Positions 12,179 through 23,523 of a DNA stretch of 64,000 nt are shown here, piece by piece. This DNA comes from Lophium mytilinum (lineage: Eukaryota). Numbering within the stretch: position 1 is the stretch's first letter; each line of letters starts with the position of its first letter. The stretch lies in NCBI GenBank assembly GCA_010093605.1, contig MU004198.1:1242726-1306725 (forward strand), in the 5' to 3' direction. The position numbers and the translations under genes were made by a program. Below the pieces are notes generated by a model. The model was given only the letters and a program-made list of their open reading frames with translations, had not been told where the DNA came from and searched no databases.

Positions 12179-13233
12179 TGCTGTGTAGTGGGATGCGCGT
12201 TTTGTTGTTGGATTTGAGAGATTGGGCGTTTGTGATTTCGCGAAGCCTGGTAAGTTTGGGTAGTAATGAGAGTGTAGTATAGACAGTGTCTGGCCCTGCT
12301 GGCGTTTTATCCCGTGGGAGTGACTTGTGCCGCCGAAAAACCGCTGAGGTGTGCCAAGGCCAGCCAAGCATCAGGGGGAACGTCACGTCAAAGCTACGCC
12401 TCTCATGTCCAGACATCACACCGGCACATGGCACAATTCGCACCAGTCTTGGACACAGGCATATATATCGAAACTCACTCGCCATAAACTGGGTCTGTTG
12501 CTTGACAGCTCTATTTCGAGCTCATCGAAGCTTGAAGGCTACATCCTACCCTTAGCAAGGTCCAATCGCCTCTTATTTTCTCCCAAGTGCTCAGATAGAG
12601 GAACTGGTCAGGCAACTCTTTCGCTCCACAGTTTACACAAGGGGGTGACTCGTGGAGCCTGAGCTATTTTTCGAAGCCCGGCGATACGAGTGATAACAGC
12701 GTTGCTGTGCCTCCTTCAGCGTTGCTGTGCCTCCCTCAGCGTCTACCATGTTGGAGCATACCACCCTGTGCCACGGTGCTTTTCATCATGGTTGCAAACG
12801 ACTCTCATACTGGGTCCAAGCTGGCGCGTATTCTTTTATATCTCCATCTGTTTCCTGAGGCTCACTGGTTAGCATCACTACACTTAAGCGCCACGCAAAG
12901 GTACTACGTCTGATATACTGCTTCCGCGTTCTGTTTGACTGCTGCGGCGAGTGTGCTAATATAGGCACCCAATTGCAATAATTGAATTCGCAAATATCCA
13001 GCTTTTCGAGACATCAACGGAGTCAAATGCAAAACGTTCCAACGATGAGCGCTCATGTTAGGAAGATTGTGGCCCTTCATCTTAACTTCATGGATATGCT
13101 TATAAGCCCATGGCTGCACACGTTTTCGAAGTCCAGATCACTCACATTCCAGCAAACAACTCTTTCAAAGCCAATTACCTCCACCCACCTGAACGCTGTC
13201 ACAACACCTGATACCTTCGTACAATATTCCACA

Positions 13234-13716
13234 ATGCCTAGGGACCCTCTTGTTTTCGTCGCCAATGGCCTCTATATCCTTCTATCGGATATCGGCGCGG
13301 AGCGGCAGTTTCATTAGGGCCTATATCTTGCACTCTCACCTGGACATGGCGTCATCTACCATCTCATCAACAACATCGAGACCGGCAATCAATGGGCCTA
13401 CCAGATGAAGAACAGCACCAGGGTGCCAAACTCGTTGAACCTGCTTGTTGCTATAAAGATAGCAGTCATTGAACCCGTTTTACAACCTTCCATGACCACA
13501 GTCCTAGCAGAAGTTCCTAGAGTACGATCTAGCAAATATGGGAATATCACTTGTCGTGTATGGGTCAAAGAGGCACTGTTGAAGCTCGATGAACTAGGCT
13601 ACATCAAGCTCATCAAGACCGTCGAGTGGATCGAAGATGATGCAATCCTTAAGGCCGGGGGCAACCGGCCACGTGGAGTCAGGACGGTCATCAGCAGCTC
13701 TGGGAGCGAGGCATGA
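13234..13716 (+). pseudogene. Small uncharacterised fungal gene with an in-frame TAG at 13315-13317
   Basis: MPRDPLVFVANGLYILLSDIGAERQFH*GLYLALSPGHGVIYHLIN...ITCRVWVKEAL; same frame on both sides of the stop; FH*GL suggests FHWGL (TGG>TAG). Confidence 0.65.
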
Positions 13717-14149
13717 AGTACTTCAGCAGTTGAATCTGGTATGCGGTTTACCCTTCTAACGTCAGGAAATTTGGCTAACAGAGCAATGGAGCAGGGCGTA
13801 CGAGTGGTTCCCGCTGTGTGTCTTCCAATGCTGATCACTGTGAAAGGGTTATAGCTAGCTCATGGCTGTCACAGTGGTGAAGCCGGGAGCACCGCTTAGG
13901 ACTGTGGAGATTCAGGCATGATCGATGAGAAGGGTTGTCAAGGATGGATGTAGTACATTTGAGCATGTAGCAACAAGATTGTAGCCGTTTTGCTTTATAG
14001 TCATGCGACGTCGCGGTTATTGCAGTTTTCGAGATAGTTGTACATCGCACTATACGTATCTATTCCCAGCGCATCAATATATCAAGTTTCCCAATACTAG
14101 AACCAGCTTCGCCTTTTCCTTAACGCTCGGTATATGTATTGCAATCGTC

Positions 14150-16100
14150 ACATTCTCGGCCCTGTGTACACTATTCCGCCGCTGTATGTGGTGCCTCAAT
14201 GAACTTTCAAAGATCACAATAGAATGTCTATCTCAGCAATGCAAGAATCGGCCTCGGACCCAAAGGCTTTTAGCTGACATGTTCACCATGGTTTGAAGTG
14301 CTTCAATAGGATTTCAAGATTTGGATGGGATACAAGTGCTCTCAACGTCGACATTGACACCGGTTTCATAGATTATGGAGAAATCGTTCCACAGAGTTCA
14401 ATTGTGGCACACCTGAATTGACGTGCCGCCGTAATTTCCATTCTTACATTCATTGACATCGCCTTGAAGATTTCAGAACCTGTTGAGACACCACTTGCAG
14501 TGGTGGAACAGCGCATACAAGGTCATAGCGATATTCTTTTGGAAGTAGCACTCAAACGCTACCGAGATACTGAGTTCTAAAAGGGCTGCTAATTCTAGTG
14601 TTGCTGAAGTTTCCATTCCATTCTAAATTATGAAAGTCAGTTGAAGCACCACATACGGTGGTGGAACACTGTAAGCAAAGCTAGAGTGAATGCAAAATTC
14701 ATGAGAGGGAACGATTACTTTCGCCTAAATCCAAATCTGACGCTGGGGAGCTTGACATCGCATCGTGGTTCTCGTGACTCCATCAAAGCACCCCAGGCAG
14801 TGGCAACGCCGTGTACTCGAAAGTCCAGCGACGGTCTTGTACAACACCAATGTCGAACAAGACGGGATGTTGACCCTTCGAAAGCGACACTGGTTCAGGT
14901 ATTGCCAAATTTGTCATCGCATCGCAATTCTTAGAAGTCCACTGGGCCACCCCCAGCAGTGGTAAAAAGCGTACACGAGGCGCCAAAAACAGGCCTTATC
15001 CTGCAAGTTTCGAATTAGATGAGAAGCAAAATGTTTGAAAATAGGGCTGATTCAGGTATTGCCAGACAAACATCGCATCGTGATTTTCCTGACTTCATTA
15101 AAGCACCCCAGGCAGTGGCAAAGCAGTGTACACAAGACTCCGGCGTCAGAATACCAGTGTCAATTTAGAAGTTTGAAAATGAGGCTAATCAGGTGGTGCC
15201 GAAATTAACATCGCATCGCAATTCTCGAAAGTCCATTAGGCCACCCCCAGCAGTGGCAAAGCAGTGTCCATTAGGCTCCAGCAAAAGACCTTGTAACGCG
15301 AGTATCGAATGAGACAAAACTTCGAGTCTTTAGCAACGAGGTCGATTCAAGTGGTCCGGAACTTGACATTCCATCGTGACTTCTGAAAGTGCGCTGAGGT
15401 ACCCTAAGCAGCGGCAGAATAGTGTAAATGAAGCTATGAGAACACCTTGCATACAACCAGGGATGAAAAGAATGAAGAGATTGAGTACCAGAAAACTCTT
15501 GGCCCGCCTCGTGGCTGATCTGTGCACACTCGTTTGCCACCGCCTGACATGCCTCAATCCATCCACCGAAGTCCAAACCATCCAAAAGTCCATCCTTTTG
15601 AGTTACCAGGAAGCTCGTCAGGCCACCTCAGACAGTCGCAAGAGAGTTTACGATACGCCGTCGAGCGTTGAGAAGCAGGTCCAAATCAAGTATCATCAGG
15701 TCTGGCATCGCATTGTCGTGAGCTCCAAAATTCATTGAGGCACCTCATGCGGCGGTAGAACACTGTAAACAGGGCTATGGCAAGGCGCTGTACGGAGTCG
15801 ATGGGGAGCATGACGAGAGCTGTTCTCGATCTGTGTGCATCTGTTTGCCACCGTCTGAGGTGCCCCGACACGTTTTCCGACCTTCAAATGAGACAAAAAT
15901 GCATCATTTCGAGCCATCAGGAAACTCGCCAGGCCACCCCAGACGGTGATGAAAGAGTGCATACGAGCCAATGATGACGCGCCATCGTGTAGCCAGAAGG
16001 AAGTCCGAACCAGATCCTGCGGAAATTGATATCGCATCGGGAGTTCCGAAAGTACGCCGGAGGACCACAGACGGCGGCAAGACATGCACAAAACCAAAGG
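14150..16100. repeat. Array of ~14 degenerate ~75 bp units in both orientations
   Basis: Approximate consensus TTGACATCGCATCG-N~20-GCACCCCAGGCAGTGGCAAAGCAGTGTACAC; + copies near 14453, 14620, 14752, 14912, 15068, 15205, 15361, 15590, 15703, 15901, 16026; - copies near 14150, 15514, 15826. Confidence 0.75.
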
Positions 16101-16328
16101 GCACAGCATTACAGATCAGAGTAGTCAGAGCGAAGAAAGCAATGTCATTGGAAAAAGAGAACCTTATCCGACTACGAAAGAATGCACTCCCAAATCAGCT
16201 CAACTCCGACCGCGGTCTTCCAACCCTTGAACGGTGTGTTGAGGCCTTCGATACTGTATCCACATCAGCAATGCCACCAATGACACGACGGGTATTGGAG
16301 ACTAACCTCGGAGGATGTGAATGGCGTC

Positions 16329-17068
16329 TCAAAAGTCGAACATCTTGTCGCAAGAGAATTTGCAGCACTTTCTGCCAACGATCGGATGAGGGCAATAGTG
16401 CAGCGCCCGAAGGTAATTCGCCCTAGGGGTTTTTTCGCAGTGAGGGCCATTCTGTGAGATTTAGTTAGCCTGAAAAGCGAGTATGAGCGCGGTTGTGACA
16501 TAGTTACCGTTGAAGTACAGAGCAAAAGAGAAAAAATGGAGTAAGTCCCTCCGGAATGCTCCTTGAGCTGCTTGAGGGCATTTTTGATCCCCGCGTCACC
16601 GCCCGACGCGGAAGCGATAGCAGATGCCACCATATCCTCATACATGGTGGTAGGGGGCTGGATGTCGTGTATGTTAGAGATTCCGACGTCCCACCACTCC
16701 GCCATGACAGTTGCGGCTTGGAGTTCGTCTTCAAACTCCGAGGCACGGCCCTTAGCCATCCAGTCATCCTCATCCCAGTGCTCGGTAACTGGCAAAGGCT
16801 CGCGTTTGGAGGGTCGAACATGAACCTTCTTGGCGGCGTTGTCGAGTGAAGAACTCTGCTTGGCGATGCTGTCGAGTGAAGAATTCTGGTTGGCGATGCT
16901 GTTGAGTGAAGGATTCTGGGGCCAGAGAAAATATCCGCCAATCCCGACTAAGACGACCAAGCCGGCGAAGATGTAGTACAAGGTAGCGACTTTCGGACGA
17001 GGAACGGCGATATGATTGTTCGTGTTGGGGCTCGGAGCATGATTCATGGTGGAGCTCGGAGTAGACAT
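16329..17068 (-). CDS. Orphan single-pass membrane protein with an internal 3x10-aa repeat; 3' exon uncertain
   Basis: ATG 17068 MSTPSSTM; TM segment LYYIFAGLVVLVGIGGYFLW; 30-bp tandem repeat at ~16835-16922 (QNPSLNSIAN/QNSSLDSIAK/QSSSLDNAAK); GTAACT...GCTAAC...CAG intron ~16507-16452. Confidence 0.4.
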
Positions 17069-17084
17069 GGTGGAGCAGCGAGAT

Positions 17085-17319
17085 GTGGACGACGAATGGA
17101 CAACGACTGGAAGACGAATGGACGACGACTGGACGACGAATGGACGATTGATGGGCAATTGGTGGATGATTGGTGGATGATTGATGGATAAAGTTGGACA
17201 ACTGATGGCCGATTGATGGACAATTGATTGACAATTGATGGACAATTGATGGACAATTGATGGATGATTGATGGATGATTGATGGATGATTGATGGATGA
17301 TTGATGGATGAATGATGGA
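17085..17319. repeat. 11-bp minisatellite (TGATGGATGAT / TGATGGACAAT variants), ~20 copies
   Basis: Direct reading; homogeneous at 17260-17315, progressively more divergent toward 17085. Confidence 0.9.
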
Positions 17320-18086
17320 GGAAGAAAGAAGAAAGCCGGCAGCTTAAATAGTCGCAGCCGGCTCCGTCCGCTCCGTTCCTCCCAAGTGGCAGCTCCTCAC
17401 CTGGCTGGCAGTCGGGGAAGGTTCTACTAGAGAAAGAGTAGGCGGACGGGCACAAAGTGGCTGACGAGGAAGCAGCCAGGAGGCCGCCTAGGGCGTCCGA
17501 GGGAAGGACCCTACCTTCACGACCAGACTTGCAGACACCGCCGTCTGGCGTGGCTCAGCGAGTCTATCGAGTGCTCAGAGGGATGGGTTCCTATCTTGTC
17601 CAGGGCGTTCAAGGCTATGCTGAGGGTAACATGACAGTGGCAGGCCAATGAATTTAGACCGAGCAAAAGGCTGTCGACACTTGCCATTGCCTGGATGAAG
17701 CGCGCGCAATGGCGCAGCTCCGATAGCGGCAAGCGTGGACGCTCGTTGTCAGCAGGTTCACTGCAAATTGGTCTGACATGTGATCGAGAATGTTCGAAGT
17801 GCCGGAAACCGCCCTTTGCCCTTGATGGTGTAAGAGAAGGAGGAGGTTGCGACAGGGAAGGCAGGCCTCGAGCGCCAATTGCATGCTCTGGAAAATACCA
17901 AATTATGAAGAGGGGAAGAAGAATGAGAAAGTCTTTTAATTCAGTGACGACACGAAATGTTTCATGATGTGTTATCTGATATACTCGCACCACGGAAGTG
18001 CCCTGAGATGGAAGAGAAAGGACCCAGTAATCATTCAAGATCACTTCAAATCGAAACTCCTGCCAATGATCGCAACGCTAGTTCAA

Positions 18087-18828
18087 TTATGCAACTGGCG
18101 TTTGCGGCTCCCTCATCATGCAATACAGAGTGATCTTAGCATTCTTGCCCTCCCCCTCCTGACAGTCCATCTCCTTGACCAACTTGAAGCCAAACTTCTC
18201 GTAGATGGCCACATTTGGCACATCCCGACTGCTCTCCAGGTAGCACCAGATCCCCTCTTTGTCGGCCTGCTGCAGCACTACCTCCATCAGGGCTCTTCCA
18301 ACTCCCCTTCCCTGCGCCTCCGGCAACACCGTCACAATGTTGCAGAAGTAGTATCCCTGATCGCTCGTCCATAGCACGTCCTGGGCCTTTGCCTGCTGGT
18401 CTTTCCAGATCCAATACCGAGCGGTCGAGAGCCCTCCACGGCCATACCAGAGGTTCATCCGGATCTGCGCGAGCCAGAGCTGCCAGCTGCTGAAGTATTC
18501 GGACCAGGATTGGGGCTGGGAGGGGGGATGTGGAGCAAGCCACATAGCGGTGCCGAGGACCTTCTCAGGCTCGGCGGGGTCGCGGGCTACGTAGAAGAGG
18601 CCATGCTTGATGCCCCAGCGGCAGCGGAGACCGAGGGAGATGCGGTTTCGTGTTGGTGAGAACTGGACGAGATCAGAGGGGCGTTTTAGTATGAAAAAGG
18701 TGAAGAGCTACCTTTGAGCGGTCTGGATAGACCCACTTGTTGTAGGGGTCATCAGCGAAAGCTTGCTGGATTGTGTTGATGGCGCCGTCGATGTCGGCCT
18801 CCGTGATTCTGTCCACCTGGATCGGCAT
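18087..18828 (-). CDS. GNAT family N-acetyltransferase (2 exons)
   Basis: MPIQVDRITEADIDGAINTIQQAFADDPYNKW; intron 18711-18663; VLPEAQGRGVGRAL acetyl-CoA motif; CYLESS...NVAIYEKFGF. Confidence 0.9.
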
Positions 18829-19164
18829 GTTGGGGGCTGAGACCAATCGTGATCGGGGTTTCGAGGCTTGACTTAGATGAAAGAGCGGAGGTGAGCTTCA
18901 TGGAGGCATGAGCAGGCTGGGGAGAGGGCCAGCTGCAGCGGCTGCAGCGGGAAACCTGCAAGGCATGTCGTGTGGGGGAGCTGTGGAGTTGCAAACACCT
19001 ACGATGCAGATAGGCGATAATGCTCCGCGACGCTAGTATTGAATGAGAAGTCGTAGCCGGTTCACGTTCATTCGGAATTTGAATTTGGGTTACCGCTAAG
19101 AAGCTTCAAAGGCTTGTTGATGATCGCATTACTATGGAGACGATTTTCAGTTGTGAAGCAAGAC

Positions 19165-19618
19165 CCAGATGGACCGGATTCATGAGCTCGGCCATCCCAA
19201 CAAGGTAAGTATAATTTTTAGAAAGGTGCGGAGGGAGAGCGAGAGGACGTAGTCCGATTTCTAAAGAATGCAGCTTAAGTGAGGCATATTTTCCCCAAGC
19301 AAGAAGAATGATAGATTCGAAACAGCTTTCCCACCCTACAGACATCCTCTAAATCGCACGTGAAGAGCAGCACAACCTCGTGACAACCTCGTGCCAGCCA
19401 GGCCTGGGTAAACCGCCCATGTTAAACTGCCTAGCGCTGATGAGTCATCTAGCGGCTTGGCAGAAATCCGACTACATCCTCTCGCTCGCCCTCCGCACCT
19501 CTCCAACCCGAATACTTGTGAGTTCCCTCTTCCACCCCCTCTTGGTTTTGCATCACAGCTAACAAATTCATTGCAGACCTTGTTGGGATGGCCGAGCTCA
19601 TGAATCCGGTCCATCTGG
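19165..19618. repeat. Perfect 42-bp inverted repeat (19165-19206 / 19577-19618) whose spacer has intron signals
   Basis: ccagatggaccggattcatgagctcggccatcccaacaaggt and its exact reverse complement; GTAAGT at 19205, GCTAAC at 19558, CAG ending 19576. Confidence 0.9.
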
Positions 19619-20719
19619 CAGACTGTCCTGCATTGCACTACGCGGCGACGGGCTTCTATGAATCTCCTTCGGGGGCTTCACCGGCGTAATTTTTGCTGGT
19701 CCGCTCTTCTGAGCAAAAACCTTTCTTTTCATCGATTGGCTCGCCTTGTGCGGGTGATTGAAGAAGAGCCTTGTGTGTGTCGTTGATGGCGGTGATGGGA
19801 GTGGTCTTCGGTTTCGTGGGTGGGAGGATTGGCATGGTGTGGAGGTCCTAGGTGGATGTTCACATGTATGTAGACGCAGCAATGCAATCTTGATGGTGTT
19901 GTTAGCATCAATAAAATTTCACATGCGTCTATGTCTCTTCATCAATGTCTTCGATTTCCGTGCATTTCAATGTCGCTGGCTTGATGGCCGCCGGCTTGAT
20001 GGCCGCCATCAAAGCCATCGGCCGTCGACGAGCATCATCACAAACAGCTGCCATCGAGGAACGAGAGCTGACCATCTCACATCATCTCTAGGACGTGTTG
20101 ACCATCTTCGCAAAGTATCAAAGCCCGCCTCATCCCTCAACTTGCACGCCGATGCAAGCTTTCTCCGTCGATGGCACCGTCCCGCTGCCTGCTCTCCAAC
20201 GGCCTGCTCTCCAACGGCCAGCCACCGCAATTCCCTCCTCTACATTCAACATGCAATTTGATCGACTGCATCATCGCACGTCCCATACCTTTGCGTCTAG
20301 ATAAGTGGCATAAGATTGGTTGGTATGACTTTGGTCGCGTTGGCAGATTGTAGGGTAAGACACGGGCTGCCACGTTTCGGACCACACATCCTCTTCGGGC
20401 TTTGCGATTGGGAACCTCGAGATCGAGTACCGTATCATATTTAGGATGAAATGGTGCAGACATAGAGCTTCGTTGATGACCGTACTTGGACGGATGCAGG
20501 GCGAAGCCGGTATGGTTCCAGAGAGTAGCATCCACACGTAGAAAACAGCAAAGGCACATTCACGCAGAGCATCTACATCGCTGCCATCGTTTCCCGTATT
20601 CACGACTTAAGACGGAGGTATTGGGGGCGCATACATGCAGAGTATATTCGCACTACGCTGCCCAAGAGATCCTTTCCACTCTCCACCCTCTACCCATCCC
20701 ACTCCACACGTCCGACACT

Positions 20720-21370
20720 TTAATCCTCATCCTCATCCGCCTCATCGTTAACGACGTTGAAGAAGCGGAGCTCGTAGACGCCCTTGGAGGTCGACACAAC
20801 GCGGAGCCAGTCACGGAGCTGCTGCTTCTTGAGAAACTTCTTCGTCCTGCAACCCGATTATCAGCATCAATCCCACCAACCCAACCCAGTTGTCCCAGGT
20901 CGACATAGTATAGCGGGGTGACCTACAAGTACTTCAGGTAGCGGCCAGAGAACTCCTGGTGCGCAATCACCTCGATCTTGCCATCGCCCTGCTGCGAGAT
21001 CTGGATGGTATCGCCGAGGTTGCCGGTGCGGCCCTCGACCTTTATGCGGTCGTGAAGGAACTTCTCGAAGGCGGTGACGTCGAAGATCTTGTCGTTGGCC
21101 GGCTGGGAGGCGTTGATGATGAACTAGTACACGCGCATCGTCAGCCTCGGTGCCAATCCCAATCGCATTCCCATAACATCTCCACCTAAGCTGTTCGAAG
21201 CAAAGAGCGGAGAGAGTAGGAGGGGTGTACGTACCTTCTTGGTGACCTTCGTTCCCTTCTTCGGGGCGGTTTTCTGCGATGCACGCTTAGCCTACTGTTC
21301 TATGCGAGTCTCGCCGTGATGCGGAGACCGGCGGACAGCAAAGCGGTGTACATACTGTTGCGGGAGCCAT
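20720..21370 (-). CDS. RPL22: 60S ribosomal protein eL22 (4 exons: 21370-21356, 21273-21235, 21123-20927, 20846-20720)
   Basis: [55 protein letters not shown]...[40 protein letters not shown]. Confidence 0.97.
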
Positions 21371-21878
21371 TTTGAATGATTTGTGGGAGGGTCGCAAAGA
21401 AGTGGATATCCTGCGATTGAAGAACGTGTGGTGAGTTGGGCGCGGATGTGGGCTTGGACGAGGGATTCAAGGTCGGCCATTTTTTGAAAGTGAGTGGGCG
21501 CTAGGACTATTTTGGTTAGTGGATGCCAAGATTTCGAGCAGTGAAATGGCTTTGAGCTTTATTGGATCCCAGATGTATCCGAGGGCGGCAATAACAGGAA
21601 CGGAGATCTTGGAGGGACGACAAGTTAGGAATCTCCGTTAGTAGGGAGAGAAAGGGTGGCATTGACCGCGCAAGTTCAAAATCGGTGCTCGTGCAACTAT
21701 CAACTCTATCCATTTACAGCATATATCTATTGGTACATAAATTCAGAGAGAATCTATGATCCAGACAATCAGGAGGTATTAAGTAGAACGTCCCAGATAG
21801 CTAAAGGGTGATCTACGCTCTAAAGGTCAAGCATGAGCGACGCGGAAAACAAGGCCCGCAGTAATCCAAATCGACTCT

Positions 21879-23112
21879 CTACGCCTTGACTGGCTCCTCT
21901 GCCTTCACCTCCTCAGCAAGAGTAGGAGCAGGAGCGGCAACAGCCGTAACGGGTGCACTGCCCTCGCCCCCTTTTAGATATGCCTCGCTCTCGCCAATTT
22001 TCTTGCCCGCGCTCACCCACCGCTCCTTGTACTCTTTGCGCTTCTGGTCGCAAATGGAATTGAGTGCCGGCCAGTAAACATCGTGGTCGTAGGTGAAATC
22101 AACCTCGCCACCAGAGTTTTTGATAAGCTGGGAGGCCGGGACGTGGTCGGTGAGAGGTTCGTTGAATTTCATTTTAGTCTTGGTAAGGGGGTCGATGAAA
22201 GGCGAGATGAGCTTGAAGAAGGCGGTCACATACCAGGGGACTGTCGGTGTTAGTTCATGATTGCAGACACTCAAGAAGGGGTTCAAGAACTGAGGTGGAA
22301 TCATGGCGGTACTCACGGTGAGAAATGAGGGCTCTCCCTAGCCTCTCCGGGTAGTGATTTTGCAAGATGTTCAGAACCTGCTTTCCTGTTGCTACACTCG
22401 GATTGCTGCTGGCAGAGCTCTCCTTGAAGTTGATCAGTAGTGCTAGAGTCTCCTGTCCCGGAGGATTGAGCTCAATCACTCTCTCAAGCATGTAGACTAG
22501 ATGCTGAACCTGTCGCTCGCCCTGTTTGGTGTTCTGCTTGTTTGGGTTCAAATACAGGCATGAACGTCCCTCATTGTCATACCCGTAGATGACCTGCTTC
22601 CCGGTACCATTTTCTGGGGCTATGTAGTCGGCTGTGAAACCCTCGACTCCGTATTCGCGTCGCCAGACTATGGTTTCGAGGAGCCGTTTTGAGGCTTGGG
22701 GGACATGCCACTTCGTAGCTCGAAGGTATCGGAGGATGCATTCCCGCGTCAGCCAGAGCTGCTCGTTCTCTGTGAGGGGCGCAGTAGGCGCGTTTTTGGC
22801 TGAAGTGTTGGGGATCTCGGTCCATGCGGTGACGGTAGCAAGGACTTCGTCGTATTTCGTCTGCTCCTCGGCTGTAAGCTCCGCGCGTGGAGCTGGGCTG
22901 CACCCCGGTAGAGGGTTTGTAGGTGGTGTTTTCACAGGGCCGACGGGGGCGCCTGGTACTGAGGCCTCTACGACGGACTTGGAATCGATCGAACTGGCGG
23001 GTCTTTCTGAGGACGCATCGCCAGCCTTGGTGGTGTCCGGGCTGAGGAGCGCTTTCTCGTTTATGGGCTCCACTGAGGAAGCAGTAACTGAATCTGCAAC
23101 TTGAGTGGCCAT
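21879..23112 (-). CDS. CRAL-TRIO/Sec14-family phosphatidylinositol transfer protein, PDR16/SFH3-like (2 exons)
   Basis: WLTRECILRYLRATKW, ENGTGKQVIYGYDNEGR, LQNHYPERLG, FFKLISPFIDPLTKTK; one intron ~22316-22241. Confidence 0.92.
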
Positions 23113-23523
23113 TCTGCGATGATTGAAATTAATTGCGAGGTCGGTGGAGGGATTTGGGAGCTTTTAAGAAGCGGTGACGGACTTCGGGGGTGAGATAAGA
23201 TTGGGGCGTCGCACTTTTGGACGAATCTACCTAACTATATGGGGACTTTTACGGAGCAGCAATAATGTATACCAATGCGAACCAATTGGACAATCGATCA
23301 GGTTAGAGACTTTGAGGCTGGAATTAATTTGGTAGCACATGAACTTGTTATGCAAGTGTTCACAGCATTTATGCAGCTAGGGTTCCTTGAACAAAAAGAC
23401 TAGCTGATCCCTGCAGCGTCCGAGCGCCAGGGCACTTTATGCGAAGTCGCGTCTACGCGTCCAAGGGCCCCCAAACTTCTCAGTCCCTCAACACCACAAA
23501 ACGCATCGCCATATTCCGCAACA

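Noticed and set aside
14150..16100. CRISPR-like interpretation of the repeat-spacer array
   Set aside because: Eukaryotic context, units long and degenerate, mixed orientation, no cas genes
16265..17455. 396-aa ORF as listed in the track
   Set aside because: N-terminal third is a translation of the 11-bp minisatellite and the C-terminus reads through a probable intron
19165..19618. MITE interpretation of the 42-bp inverted repeat
   Set aside because: No target-site duplication seen and no second copy in the window; not excluded genome-wide
19700..20620. Overlapping short ORFs and two small 15-bp duplications
   Set aside because: No recognisable domain or consistent gene model
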